DNA from: an uncultured Verrucomicrobiales bacterium
GTDB taxonomy: Bacteria; Verrucomicrobiota; Verrucomicrobiia; Verrucomicrobiales; DEV007
DNA: 64,000 nucleotides
Assembly (NCBI GenBank): GCA_938091905.1
Contig: CALKOM010000014.1
Span: forward strand, 15,072 to 79,071
Direction of reading: 5' to 3'
This document shows positions 51,777 through 61,950 of this stretch, piece by piece; the first letter of the stretch is position 1, and each line of letters opens with the position of its first letter. A program made the position numbers and the translations under genes. The notes under the pieces were generated by a model. That model worked only from the letters and a program-made list of their open reading frames with translations. It was not told the origin of the DNA and searched no databases.

Positions 51777-52736
51777 ATGGTCTCCGCATCTTCTCCGATT
51801 CCCACAGGGCTCGTACTTGATCCGATCTTCGCCGAACACGATCCCGGGCCAGGGCACGTGGAGCAGGTGGCTCGCTACACAGCTATCACGGCATCTCTCA
51901 CCCAGAGCGGACTAGCATCCTCATTAACGCAAATTCCCACCCGTGGAGTTACGGATGAAGAACTTGGGCTCGTGCATACGCCCGCCTACATCCTCAAAGC
52001 AGCAAAGGAGATTAAAGAGGGGGCGCGTCAGTTGAGCACAGGTGACACGACTGTCTGCAAGGCGAGCCTCAAAGTGGCCCGACGCGCGGCCGGTAGTGTC
52101 TGTGCTGCCATTGACGCCATCTTTGAGGGCACCATTCAACGAGCATTCTGTGCTCTTCGTCCTCCCGGGCACCACGCCACGCCAGATCGCGGAATGGGCT
52201 TCTGCATCTTCAACAGTGCCGCCCTCGCGGCACGTTATGCACAAGAGCACCACGACATCGAGCGGGTTGCCATAGTCGATTGGGACGTGCACCACGGCAA
52301 CGGGACACAAGATATCTTCTACGAAGACCCAAGCGTCCATTTCTTCAGCACCCATCAATCGCCGCTCTACCCGGGCACGGGGGCCGTTCAGGAGACTGGC
52401 CGAGGAGATGGCAAGGGCACCACGTTAAACAGGCCCTTCGCCGCGATGAGCGGAATGACGGAAATCGGTGGGGCTTTCTCCAACGAGTGGACAGCAACCA
52501 TGGCTAATTTCAAACCTCAGCTCGTCGTAATCTCTGCCGGATTTGACTCACGTATCGATGATCCCTTGGGAGCCTTTACACTAACAGACCAGAATTTCGC
52601 TACCCTTACTCAAACTGTAATCAATGTCGCCAACGAGCACGCGGAGGGAAGAATCATCTCTTGCCTAGAAGGAGGATACAATGTCAGTGGGCTTGCTTCT
52701 GCCGTTCAGGCGCACATTCAGGCGCTTCGGAAGTAG
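51777..52736 (+). CDS. Histone deacetylase family protein
   Basis: RPPGHHA, GFCIFN, DWDVHHGNGTQ, SAGFD and LEGGY motifs. Confidence 0.93.
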   Translation: MVSASSPIPTGLVLDPIFAEHDPGPGHVEQVARYTAITASLTQSGLASSLTQIPTRGVTDEELGLVHTPAYILKAAKEIKEGARQLSTGDTTVCKASLKVARRAAGSVCAAIDAIFEGTIQRAFCALRPPGHHATPDRGMGFCIFNSAALAARYAQEHHDIERVAIVDWDVHHGNGTQDIFYEDPSVHFFSTHQSPLYPGTGAVQETGRGDGKGTTLNRPFAAMSGMTEIGGAFSNEWTATMANFKPQLVVISAGFDSRIDDPLGAFTLTDQNFATLTQTVINVANEHAEGRIISCLEGGYNVSGLASAVQAHIQALRK

Positions 52737-55257
52737 TATCCGCTACATCGGCATCATGGATCACTTCACGTAGTTTCTCATAAAGTTGAGACAGTGAATA
52801 TGGTTTTTGCAGGAATGGAATCTTGCGGTCCATCGCCTTGTCTAACAAAGCACGAGCATCAGTATAGCCACTACTGAGCAGGGGTTTCAACGAAGGATCT
52901 TTTTCCAGCACAATCTCCAGGATCTCCATGCCCGTACCGTCTGGCAGGACCGCATCGGTGAAAACCATATCGAACCTACCATCGTTCTCATCATAGGCCT
53001 CTATTGCGGCTTTGAAGGAAGCAGCAGGAGTGACTATGAATCCCGCCTTCTTAAGAGCCTGCTGAACGAAAGCGAGCACACTAGGCTCATCTTCGACCAG
53101 AAGTACCCGATCCACACCCTTGCGATCTTCCAAAGAACCCACCACCGACGTCCCCTTCCGCTCAGGGGCACACACGACTTTGTCAGAGGGCAGGAAAACC
53201 TCAAAAGTAGAGCCCTTTCCAAGCTTACTGTCGACCGTGATCCATCCCCCATGCTGATCGATGATGCCGAGCACAACCGAGAGGCCAAGCCCAGTTCCAT
53301 CGTGTCCCTTCGTCGTATAAAACGGATCAAAGATCCGATCCCGGAGCTCCTTGCTCATCCCGCACCCTTGATCCTTGACCGTAACCTTGACATAGTTGCC
53401 TAACGGGCGATCGGGATCGCCCTTCTCCAGGCTGACATTCGAAGTGGTCAGTTGGATCTCCCCCCCTTCAGGCATCGCATGTCGTGCATTGACGCACAAA
53501 TTCATGATCACTTGTTCCAACTGCCCACGATCCGCCTCCACCCCCCAAAGTTCCTTTTCAAGTTCGTGTTTCAAGACAATGTCCTCACCGAGGATGCGCT
53601 GTAACATGTTTTTCAAATGGACGACCGTATCATTAAGATTGATGCGATCCTTCTGCAGAATCTGTTTTCGCGAAAATGCGAGAAGTTGCTTAGTCAATGA
53701 AGCAGCGCTTTCAGCTGCCTTCCGGATCTCCATCAACTCGCCACGATGATCCGCGGAAAGCCCACTGTTCTGGAGGATAGTATCACTGTAACCAATGATC
53801 GGCACCAACATGTTATTGAAGTCGTGTGCAATACCGCCCGAAAGCTTGCCAATGGCCTCCAACTTCTGAGATTGATTGAGAGACTCGACCAACTCCAGTC
53901 GCTGCTTCTCGCTCTGTCTACGCTTCAGGAGGTTATGAATAATCTCGGACAGCACCACCATGATACGCACATCATGCACACTGAACTCAAGTGGCTCATC
54001 ACTGACAAACGAGATCATTCCCCAAGTTCTACCATCCTTATCGTATCCTAGCGGCAATGCCAGGACACCTTCCATCTCGATATCTTGCAAAACTTTCAGC
54101 GTCTCAGGCGAAGTTTCTTTTAGATCAGCGCTGCTTTGAACGAGGACGTGACCGTGAGATTGAAGCTGATCTTCAATCCAGGGCAGATCACTCCAGTAGA
54201 GCGATTCCAACTCTTGCTGGTAGACACCAACCTCACCTTCCATGTTGTGGATCGGCTGGTTGAGGATCGACTCCGATTCTTCTTGAGTCACAATGAAGCG
54301 CTTTATCTTAAGGAAATCAGCCAGGTTCTGGAGCACCTCGCAAACGGCTTCTTCCAGACGCTCAGGATCACACTTGGTCAGATTAACACAAGAGCTTGAG
54401 ATCAAGCTCTCCAGATCAATACGAGCACTCAATGCAGCCGTCCTCTCATCAACCAGCTCCTCCAGGTGACGCTGATACTTGATCAATTGTTTGGCCTTCG
54501 CCTTCTTCTCCGTAATATCACGGAAAGTAAGGATGGCGCCTAACACCACACCATCCGCATTGCGAATCAACGACCCTGAATCTTCAATACAACGCCCCGC
54601 ATTCTCACGCGAGACAAGCACTGTGTTGTCTGCCAGTGGCACATGCTCTTGCTTTTCGAGAGCCCCCAGCGCCGGATTCATCGCATGCTGACCTTGCTCA
54701 TCGAGTGAGTGATACACATCAACCACAGCAGTTCCCTCGGCTTCTGACATTGACCACCCCGTCAGTATTTCAGCGACAGGATTCATGAAAACAATCTGCC
54801 CAGTATTGTCTGTCGCGATGACGCCATCCCCCACACACCTTAGAGTAGCATAGAACCACTCACGCCCTGCGGAAAGCTGCTGATAGAGACGCTGCTTGTT
54901 TATCGCAATCTCTACCGTGCTAAGCAGGGCTACCTCCTCGAAGGGCTTGATCACATACCCTAACGGATCTGTCTCCTTAGCACGCTCGATGACTTTAGAC
55001 TGCGAGTACGCAGTTAGGTAAACAACCGAGCCCCCAAAGCGTTCCTTGATAATGTGGGCAGTATCGACACCATCCCTCTCTCCCTGGATGACAATATCCA
55101 TGAGAATCAGGTCCGGACGATGCTCATCCGCAAGACCTAACGCACGTTCGCTATCGTTCGCAATGCCAACAACATCGTAGCCACTCTCCTCCAAACACTG
55201 CGCGATATCTTCTGCCACAATGCGTTCGTCTTCGACGATGAGAACTCGTTTACTCAT
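52684..55257 (-). CDS. Hybrid sensor histidine kinase (REC-PAS-GAF-HisKA-HATPase-REC)
   Basis: VLIVEDE, FMNPVAE, GIAHDFNNML, NARHAM, GTGLGL and a C-terminal LLVEDE. Confidence 0.92.
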   Translation of the reverse strand: MSKRVLIVEDERIVAEDIAQCLEESGYDVVGIANDSERALGLADEHRPDLILMDIVIQGERDGVDTAHIIKERFGGSVVYLTAYSQSKVIERAKETDPLGYVIKPFEEVALLSTVEIAINKQRLYQQLSAGREWFYATLRCVGDGVIATDNTGQIVFMNPVAEILTGWSMSEAEGTAVVDVYHSLDEQGQHAMNPALGALEKQEHVPLADNTVLVSRENAGRCIEDSGSLIRNADGVVLGAILTFRDITEKKAKAKQLIKYQRHLEELVDERTAALSARIDLESLISSSCVNLTKCDPERLEEAVCEVLQNLADFLKIKRFIVTQEESESILNQPIHNMEGEVGVYQQELESLYWSDLPWIEDQLQSHGHVLVQSSADLKETSPETLKVLQDIEMEGVLALPLGYDKDGRTWGMISFVSDEPLEFSVHDVRIMVVLSEIIHNLLKRRQSEKQRLELVESLNQSQKLEAIGKLSGGIAHDFNNMLVPIIGYSDTILQNSGLSADHRGELMEIRKAAESAASLTKQLLAFSRKQILQKDRINLNDTVVHLKNMLQRILGEDIVLKHELEKELWGVEADRGQLEQVIMNLCVNARHAMPEGGEIQLTTSNVSLEKGDPDRPLGNYVKVTVKDQGCGMSKELRDRIFDPFYTTKGHDGTGLGLSVVLGIIDQHGGWITVDSKLGKGSTFEVFLPSDKVVCAPERKGTSVVGSLEDRKGVDRVLLVEDEPSVLAFVQQALKKAGFIVTPAASFKAAIEAYDENDGRFDMVFTDAVLPDGTGMEILEIVLEKDPSLKPLLSSGYTDARALLDKAMDRKIPFLQKPYSLSQLYEKLREVIHDADVADTTSEAPECAPERQKQAH

Positions 55258-55264
55258 AGCTTAA

Positions 55265-56542
55265 TCACATTCTGTTCGTGTAAACAGTTTCCTTAAATTG
55301 AATATCGGCCGTTGTGCCGTCTCCGTTGCGGAACTCCACCGCCCCATTCAGTTGGTCGACCAACATTTCGACTAGGCTCATACCCACCGATGAGCGTCGC
55401 TCGCCGGGGACCGGCATCTTTTTCATACCGACACCGTTGTCCGAGACTCGCAACTGGTAGGCACTCTCCCCCGTGGAGCTGACTTTGATAGCAATCCTTC
55501 CCTTACGACCATCGTTAAAAGCATACTTGAGCGAGTTTGACACCAGCTCATTGATGATCAGACCACAAGGCCTTGCGGTATCTAGCGGCAGCAGCACATC
55601 ATCGATGTCCACATCAAGATCAGGCTGCTCCTCGCTCGTATGCATGCGGAGAAGTTGTCTAGACAGTGTATCGACATAGCTTTTGAAGTCTACCGTAGAT
55701 AAACTGTTGGACTGATAGAGCTTCTCGTGAAGTAATCCCATCGATCGAATGCGCAACTCGCTTTCTTTCAACATTCCCTTCATCTCGTCTGTGCTCGCCT
55801 TACGCGCTTGCATTCGAAGAAGACTTGAGAGGACCTGAAGATTGTTCTTCACTCGATGGTGAATTTCTTTCGGAAGAATCTCCTGCTCTCGCAATTGCCC
55901 CTCTTTCGCCATCGCTTCTTTCTCGGTAGATCGAGATTGCTGAAGATCAGAAACCATTCGATTCATGGTATCGCCTAGGATACCTAACTCTGTATTAGAA
56001 TCCAAATTCACACGAGATTCGAGGTCTCCCGACGCCACGTGACTAGCAAAAGTCTTTAATCCGCTAATCGGACGCGTTAGTCGATTGGCAAAGAGGAAAG
56101 ACATGAGCACACCAATCAGTAGGCCTGGCCCAGCAAGATCTAACACGATTTGCAGCAGGCTACGAAGGCCTGCATGGTACTTATCCATTGAGAGTCCGAT
56201 GTGAAGCCATCCGAGTTGTCCTGCTACCTGAACAGGTTGAGATCCATGGAAGACTTGACCATTAGCAAGCTCACCCGCCTGCACGCGACCTGAAGGCTGC
56301 TCCATTGCTGCTGGCAAATCGCTCTCGGTAACTGCACCAGCGTTAAGTGAATCCACAGCGAGGAGAAGAGAACCGGCACTTTCCTGCAAATGCGAAAGAA
56401 GGACCTCTCTCTCGTGCATTATGAATCTAAGGCCAAATGCTGTTAGCGTAAGAATCGTAACAAACGCAGAGTATACAGCGGTACGGAGGAAGAGACTTCC
56501 CCAACGACTTTCACTTCGGCTAGGACCCGAACCACCCATCAA
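55265..56542 (-). CDS. HAMP-containing sensor histidine kinase (HisKA_2 type)
   Basis: KEIHHRVKNNLQ, NELVSNSLKYAF and SDNGVG motifs. The sensor region is short and the start is uncertain. Confidence 0.82.
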   Translation of the reverse strand: MMGGSGPSRSESRWGSLFLRTAVYSAFVTILTLTAFGLRFIMHEREVLLSHLQESAGSLLLAVDSLNAGAVTESDLPAAMEQPSGRVQAGELANGQVFHGSQPVQVAGQLGWLHIGLSMDKYHAGLRSLLQIVLDLAGPGLLIGVLMSFLFANRLTRPISGLKTFASHVASGDLESRVNLDSNTELGILGDTMNRMVSDLQQSRSTEKEAMAKEGQLREQEILPKEIHHRVKNNLQVLSSLLRMQARKASTDEMKGMLKESELRIRSMGLLHEKLYQSNSLSTVDFKSYVDTLSRQLLRMHTSEEQPDLDVDIDDVLLPLDTARPCGLIINELVSNSLKYAFNDGRKGRIAIKVSSTGESAYQLRVSDNGVGMKKMPVPGERRSSVGMSLVEMLVDQLNGAVEFRNGDGTTADIQFKETVYTNRM

Positions 56543-56795
56543 TACGAGACATTTTTATAACAGTAAGAATTTCCATTCAATTACCGCCAAAGCAATTGTC
56601 AAGACAACGTGAAAACTGCTTATATTTCTGCTCGGTATTAGATAACTATTCGGATAGATTAACGATCTGCTCACCTCAGCCTGAGTTAATTTACTGGCGG
56701 CCAGATAATTACCCCCATCCAGCACCACAGCTGGACCTCCCTAGATGGAAGCTTCCACTTGGGAAATCACCTGATCTGGCTCATGATGCCCCTAG

Positions 56796-57335
56796 ATGTC
56801 TCAGGTCGAAGATCCCATACCCCTCATCATTCGCTCCTCTCCCCGGGCCCTTCTGGGTCGGTTTGCCGTCCCCTCAATCTCACTATTGGTGACGTTTCTC
56901 ATTGGCATCTACCTCCTTCTTCAAGAGCATACTGCTAATGGAGGTAAGTTCTTGCTCGTCATCGCCTTTCTAGCGACGCTGGTGGTAACCACTCGGATGC
57001 TGATGGCTTGGCTGAGAATACGACACACGGAGTACGCCGTGTATCCAAATCAGGTGCAAGAATCCTCATACCTTATAAAAATACTCGGCGCACGAAACAA
57101 CACAGTCAAGCTCAACGAGATCAAACAACTCCACTGCTACAGCAATGGCTGGTTAGACGTCTGGTTCTTCAATTGCGGCAAGATCCAAATGGTCACTTCG
57201 GGAGACCAAGTCGACTTCATCATGGAAAATGTCTTTGACCCCATGAAGCTTAAGGATCAGCTGGAATTGCGGCTCTTTGGCGAGATCGCCGAGAACGCTC
57301 CAGGTCTCCGTGCCAGCCCCCGAAGCCCTGCCTAG
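56796..57335 (+). CDS. Membrane protein with a bacterial PH (bPH_2-like) domain
   Basis: Two TM helices, then TEYAVY...IKQL...FNCGKI...ENVFDP. Confidence 0.65.
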   Translation: MSQVEDPIPLIIRSSPRALLGRFAVPSISLLVTFLIGIYLLLQEHTANGGKFLLVIAFLATLVVTTRMLMAWLRIRHTEYAVYPNQVQESSYLIKILGARNNTVKLNEIKQLHCYSNGWLDVWFFNCGKIQMVTSGDQVDFIMENVFDPMKLKDQLELRLFGEIAENAPGLRASPRSPA

Positions 57336-57395
57336 TTCTGGGTTGCGCCTTTACAAATTCACTAATGCCCCTTTTCATCAATAGGCTCTAGACTC

Positions 57396-58046
57396 ATGAA
57401 ATCTCTCCTCTACATCACGTTTTCGGTCCTCGCCCTCTTCAGCGTGAGCTGTGAAACCAACAAAAGCTACAAGAAAAAGAAGGCGAACAGTGGCCTCTCC
57501 ACGGGCTATCCCACCCCAGGGTTCGACTCAAGCTACTACGTCAAGGCTTACCGGCCGACAAACCCTGCAAATGTCAGGGTCAAAGTTAGCACGTCAAACC
57601 AATCCGTTTACGTCATGGAAGGCAACAAGCCCCTCATGGTCTTGGCGTGCACCGTCGGAAAAGCATCGTCACCGACTCCAAAGGGCCATCTCAGGATCAG
57701 AAGTAAGCAGAAGTACCGCCGCCGCCAATCGCAGCCTGGCCGCGGTTATCCCATGGGCTACTGGTGCGAATTCAAGTCTGCAGCTTATGGCATTCACGCA
57801 GGATGGGTTCACAATGCGCCTCGCTCGGCGGGTTGCATCCGCTTGCACTTCAACGCCGCTCCCAAGTTCTTCAATTTGGTCCGCGTGGGCACACCACTTC
57901 ACATTGCAACCGTCCAACCAGAGGACGCGACCATCGGTCAAAACATCCTGCGTCCACGCGATGCGGCGGCACCAGAGTTCCCACCAAGTATTCAGAACAC
58001 AAACGAGGTCTTTCACATCTACAAGGGTCCGCTCTTCGACGATTAA
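57396..58046 (+). CDS. L,D-transpeptidase (YkuD family) lipoprotein
   Basis: Lipobox SVSC, TPKG and GIHAG...SAGCIRL motifs. Confidence 0.88.
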   Translation: MKSLLYITFSVLALFSVSCETNKSYKKKKANSGLSTGYPTPGFDSSYYVKAYRPTNPANVRVKVSTSNQSVYVMEGNKPLMVLACTVGKASSPTPKGHLRIRSKQKYRRRQSQPGRGYPMGYWCEFKSAAYGIHAGWVHNAPRSAGCIRLHFNAAPKFFNLVRVGTPLHIATVQPEDATIGQNILRPRDAAAPEFPPSIQNTNEVFHIYKGPLFDD

Positions 58047-58085
58047 CACCCCCGTTAAACAACCTTTAAATCCTTACAAACAACG

Positions 58086-59318
58086 ATGACTCCCACGACT
58101 CCACCTCTTCGCCGAAAGCCCGTCAATGTTCGTACGCCTGAGGTCATGGATCGCGTGAAAGCCGAAGTGGAAACCCACTACCGGAGCCACATTGTTGAGA
58201 AATTGCGCAAAAAGGGTGGTGTTCTCACAATCGGAAACACCACCCTACGCCTGGCGAAACAGTTTGGCTTTTGCTATGGCGTCGAGCGAGCAATTGACCT
58301 TGCCTACGCCTCACGCCGGGTTTTTCCAGACCAGAATATCTACCTCATCGGCGAGATCATCCACAACCCCGAGGTGAACCGCCAGCTGGTCGAAATGGGC
58401 ATCCGCAATCTCGTCGGGCCCGATGCCGATGCCTCCGTGGACGAACTCACCCCAGAAGACGTGGTCATCGTCCCCGCTTTCGGAGCTGAAGCCGAGCTCA
58501 TCGCTAACATCAAAAATAGCGGGTGCCAGATCGTGGATACCACCTGCGGCGATGTCATGAGCGTTTGGAAACGCGTCCGCCGATATGCTCGCAAGAACTT
58601 CACTTCCATCATTCACGGCAAAGCCTCACATGAGGAAACACGAGCCACCGCTTCCCGTGCGACCAATGTCGAAGGCGGTCACTACCTGGTCATCCTTACC
58701 CTTGATGACACTGATTACGTCTGCGACTACATTCGCAATGGCGGTGACAGCAGCGCCTTCCTCGAGCGATTCAAAGGGGGCTACTCAGACGGGTTCGATC
58801 CTGACACACACCTCTATCAAGTAGGTGTGGCCAATCAGACGACAATGCTCAAGTCTGAGACAGAGGAGCTCCAACGTCGCGTTGCCGCTGCCGTGCGCGA
58901 ACGGGATGGGAACGAGAACACCGAGAACTTCGAATACTTCGACACGATTTGCGGCGCGACTCAGGAGCGTCAAGACGCGCTCTTCGAAATGCTTGAGCGC
59001 CCGATGGACATTCTATTAGTCGTTGGCGGATACAACAGTTCGAACACCACCCATTTGGTAGAGATTGGTGAACGCCAACTTCCCACTTTTTTCATTCGCG
59101 ATGCGGAATGTCTCTGTTCGTTCAAGGAGATCGTTCATTTTGACCTCCACAAGAGTGAGGAGGTCACCTCCATTTACACAGAAAGTCTACTTGGCGAAGG
59201 ACCTGTAACGATTGGTATTACTGCGGGAGCTTCTTGCCCAAACAATCTTATCGAGGCCACTATCATCCAGGCCTTCGAATTGCGCGGTATTTCACGGGAT
59301 GATATCCTAGAATCCTAA
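58086..59318 (+). CDS. ispH: 4-hydroxy-3-methylbut-2-enyl diphosphate reductase
   Basis: GFCYGVERA, IIHNP, DTTC, DTICGATQERQ, SSNT and TAGASCP motifs. Confidence 0.95.
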   Translation: MTPTTPPLRRKPVNVRTPEVMDRVKAEVETHYRSHIVEKLRKKGGVLTIGNTTLRLAKQFGFCYGVERAIDLAYASRRVFPDQNIYLIGEIIHNPEVNRQLVEMGIRNLVGPDADASVDELTPEDVVIVPAFGAEAELIANIKNSGCQIVDTTCGDVMSVWKRVRRYARKNFTSIIHGKASHEETRATASRATNVEGGHYLVILTLDDTDYVCDYIRNGGDSSAFLERFKGGYSDGFDPDTHLYQVGVANQTTMLKSETEELQRRVAAAVRERDGNENTENFEYFDTICGATQERQDALFEMLERPMDILLVVGGYNSSNTTHLVEIGERQLPTFFIRDAECLCSFKEIVHFDLHKSEEVTSIYTESLLGEGPVTIGITAGASCPNNLIEATIIQAFELRGISRDDILES

Positions 59319-59331
59319 CAAAGATCTAGAA

Positions 59332-60114
59332 TCATCCGCTAACCACGATGGCAAACGCATTGTGGTTGTGAATGGATTCGAAATTCTCTCCTTCAATGCA
59401 GTAAGAATTCACACCTTTCATATCCTGAATCTTGAGCGCTACATTCCGCACAAGATCCTCGACAAAGACCGGATTGTCATAGGCACGTTCGGTCACTTGC
59501 TTCTCATCTGGACGCTTTAGCACGCTGTAAAGCTCCGAACTCCCACAGGTCTCCACGGCCTCAATCAAAACACGGGCGGATGGCAAGGCATCAGCTTTTC
59601 CCTCCACAGTAAGTATAATCACCCCACGCTGGTTGTGAGCGCCACGCACGCTGATATTGCGAGAGCATGGACACAACGTCGTCACCGGCACTCTCAAAGT
59701 AAGCTTGGTCGTGGTCGCCTCCCCATTGCGTTCACCTTCCAAAGTTAAAGCATAATCCAGTTTTCCAGCGCTCTTAGTCACTGGCGCTTCCTTCGTAAGG
59801 AAGAATGGGAAATCAATGAGAACAGTCGCGCCACGGGACTCCAGCCGCTCAATCATGACGTCGAGCAGCATAGGCAAAGTGGGGACGGAAACGCTATCTG
59901 CGTGCTCCGAGAGAATCGATACGAACCGGCTCATGTGCGTACCACGAACATCTGCCGAAAGCGCCACTGACATGGCAACTGTCGCTACGGTCGCTTGAGC
60001 AACAGCCTCGCCATCCGTGAATAGTATCGGATGACTAAGATCACGGATTCCAACCCTTTTTATCGGGACCCGCCGCTCATCGGGTTGGTTCTGGGTATCT
60101 TCGAGCTTTGACAT
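59332..60114 (-). CDS. folE2: GTP cyclohydrolase IB
   Basis: GTHMSRF, TTLCPCS, AHNQR, KRPDEK, FVEDLVR and ESIHNH motifs. Confidence 0.95.
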   Translation of the reverse strand: MSKLEDTQNQPDERRVPIKRVGIRDLSHPILFTDGEAVAQATVATVAMSVALSADVRGTHMSRFVSILSEHADSVSVPTLPMLLDVMIERLESRGATVLIDFPFFLTKEAPVTKSAGKLDYALTLEGERNGEATTTKLTLRVPVTTLCPCSRNISVRGAHNQRGVIILTVEGKADALPSARVLIEAVETCGSSELYSVLKRPDEKQVTERAYDNPVFVEDLVRNVALKIQDMKGVNSYCIEGENFESIHNHNAFAIVVSG

Positions 60115-60160
60115 GAGAAGAATAGCCTAAAAGGGGAAGTGCAGCTTGGCGCGGCCCGAT

Positions 60161-60194
60161 AAAAAAAGCCTGACCGTGAGGGCAGGCTTTTTTT
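60161..60194. terminator. Rho-independent terminator downstream of rpsR, symmetrical A7/T7 flanks
   Basis: AAAAAAA-GCCTGACC-GTGA-GGGCAGGC-TTTTTTT. Confidence 0.85.
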
Positions 60195-60243
60195 AAGACC
60201 GCTTGGACGAACCTCCCGCAGAAGGTATCGCTCAGCGGGCGAG

Positions 60244-60483
60244 TTATGGGAGCAAATTGATCGAGCGAGCCCTCTTGATCTCGCGAGTAATCTTGCGGTG
60301 AAGCTTGGCAGAGACCCCAGTGATCCGGCGAGGAAGAATACGACCTGTTTCAGTGGTAAATTTGGACAGCAAGTCCGTATCTTTAAAGGACACACGAGCT
60401 GGCGTGAGGTCCAAACGGCGCCGCGGCATCTTGCGATTCGAGCGGCGGAGATTGGCGAGGCGTTCCCTATTCTTTGGTTCCAT
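60244..60483 (-). CDS. rpsR: 30S ribosomal protein bS18, cysteine-free form
   Basis: [24 protein letters not shown]...IKRAR. Confidence 0.95.
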   Translation of the reverse strand: MEPKNRERLANLRRSNRKMPRRRLDLTPARVSFKDTDLLSKFTTETGRILPRRITGVSAKLHRKITREIKRARSINLLP

Positions 60484-60524
60484 GATTTTGGCGGAAAGTA
60501 GTGCTTGGCGAGGAGAGAGACGAA

Positions 60525-60698
60525 CTACCGGCGCTCGCGGTGCAAGGTGCGGCGTTTGAGGAAGTGGTTAAACTTCACCTTCTCAAGGCGACCAGGCGTG
60601 TTGAGGCTCTTCTTGTTTCGCGTCGTCACGTACTGGGAGGCCTGTTTGCCTTCAGCCCGTGCTTCTGTGCACTCTAGTATGATAACGTCTCTAGCCAT
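60525..60698 (-). CDS. rpmG: 50S ribosomal protein bL33, lacking the full Zn ribbon
   Basis: [12 protein letters not shown]...YVTTRNKK...[19 protein letters not shown]. Confidence 0.93.
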   Translation of the reverse strand: MARDVIILECTEARAEGKQASQYVTTRNKKSLNTPGRLEKVKFNHFLKRRTLHRERR

Positions 60699-60819
60699 AG
60701 CGGCCTGGAAGCTAGGAGCAATCAACTCGGCTGCAACTAAAAAATGCGAGTTGTCAGCAGGTCTGCTACCAGCTCCCAAACACCCATAGAAATCACCTTC
60801 AGCCAAGCTTCCAGCACGG

Positions 60820-61890
60820 CTAGATCGGTCCCCGTGGCCTTGCCATCCCCTCCGACACGTCGAAGATGGCCGCCTGGAGCCCCTCTTCATTCGGCAGCCA
60901 TTTTAGAGAGGTCGTCGTGACCAGCTTCTGACTCTCCCTCGGGAGGGCCTGCATCAATGCGTCGCGGCGTTTCGGATCAAGCTCGCCAAACACATCGTCT
61001 ACAAGAAGGATCGGAGTCTGATCCCTTCGCTTACGCAGAAGTTCCATTTGCCCCAACTTCAGCGCGAGCGCAATGGTACGCTGCTGCCCCTCTGACGCGA
61101 ACTTACTCGCGGGTCGGTCATTGATAAGAACCCCCACTTCATCCCGATGCGGTCCAGCATTCGTCTGGCCACGACGTTGATCGCGATCTCGCATGCTGGA
61201 CAACGTCTCCGCGAAATCCTCTCCCGCCCCGGGCAAATAATCGATGGAGAGCACCTCACTAGATCCGCTGATCGCTTGCTGCGCTTCGCAAATAGGCTCT
61301 TTCAAAGAGTCCACCAACCCTTGCCGCTGCCGAGTCAATTGGTTCCCATGAGCTAACAAGATACTCGTATACGCATCGATCTGCGCCCAATCTGGCCGCA
61401 TCTCTTTCAACAACTCATTTCGCGAACGCAAGGCGACCTCATAAGAGCGCAATGCCACCCGATAATCAGGATAAAGCTGCGAGGCCTGAAAGTCCAAATA
61501 GCGCCGACGGCGACTTCCACTGCCAGTGATCAAACCGAGATCGTCGTTTCCCATCCACACCACCAACCCACTGTGCTCCAAATACTCTCGACTGCGATCG
61601 ATCAAGTTTTCGCCGTGGTAAAGTTTCCGTCGTCGTCTCACTTCATTCACCATCCCCAGTGACTGATCGCCCCACGTTCCAGAGAGGCCGAAACCTGTTT
61701 GATCAAACCGGATCAGATCGTTCAGAGACGTCGTCCTCGGGGACTGGAGACGCAGCAACACGCACACCGCTTCGAGAATCGAGGTCTTGCCCTGCGCATT
61801 CTCACCGATGAACGCCGTCAAGCCTGGGCCAACCTCCAAACGGAGGCTATCAAAGCAACGAAACTGGCTCAGTTTCAGCGTGCGTAGCAT
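60820..61890 (-). CDS. recF: DNA replication/repair protein RecF
   Basis: GENAQGKTSILEA, RRRYLD, GPHRD, SEGQQR and LLVDDVFGELD motifs. Confidence 0.95.
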   Translation of the reverse strand: MLRTLKLSQFRCFDSLRLEVGPGLTAFIGENAQGKTSILEAVCVLLRLQSPRTTSLNDLIRFDQTGFGLSGTWGDQSLGMVNEVRRRRKLYHGENLIDRSREYLEHSGLVVWMGNDDLGLITGSGSRRRRYLDFQASQLYPDYRVALRSYEVALRSRNELLKEMRPDWAQIDAYTSILLAHGNQLTRQRQGLVDSLKEPICEAQQAISGSSEVLSIDYLPGAGEDFAETLSSMRDRDQRRGQTNAGPHRDEVGVLINDRPASKFASEGQQRTIALALKLGQMELLRKRRDQTPILLVDDVFGELDPKRRDALMQALPRESQKLVTTTSLKWLPNEEGLQAAIFDVSEGMARPRGPI

Positions 61891-61950
61891 GCTGCGGAGC
61901 CAACGCCAGCGCGCATCTTCAAGCAAGTAGGATCTGCTAAGAAGTCGGAC

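Noticed and set aside
60820..61890. recF as a marker for the replication origin
   Set aside because: No dnaA, dnaN or gyrB and no DnaA-box cluster is adjacent.
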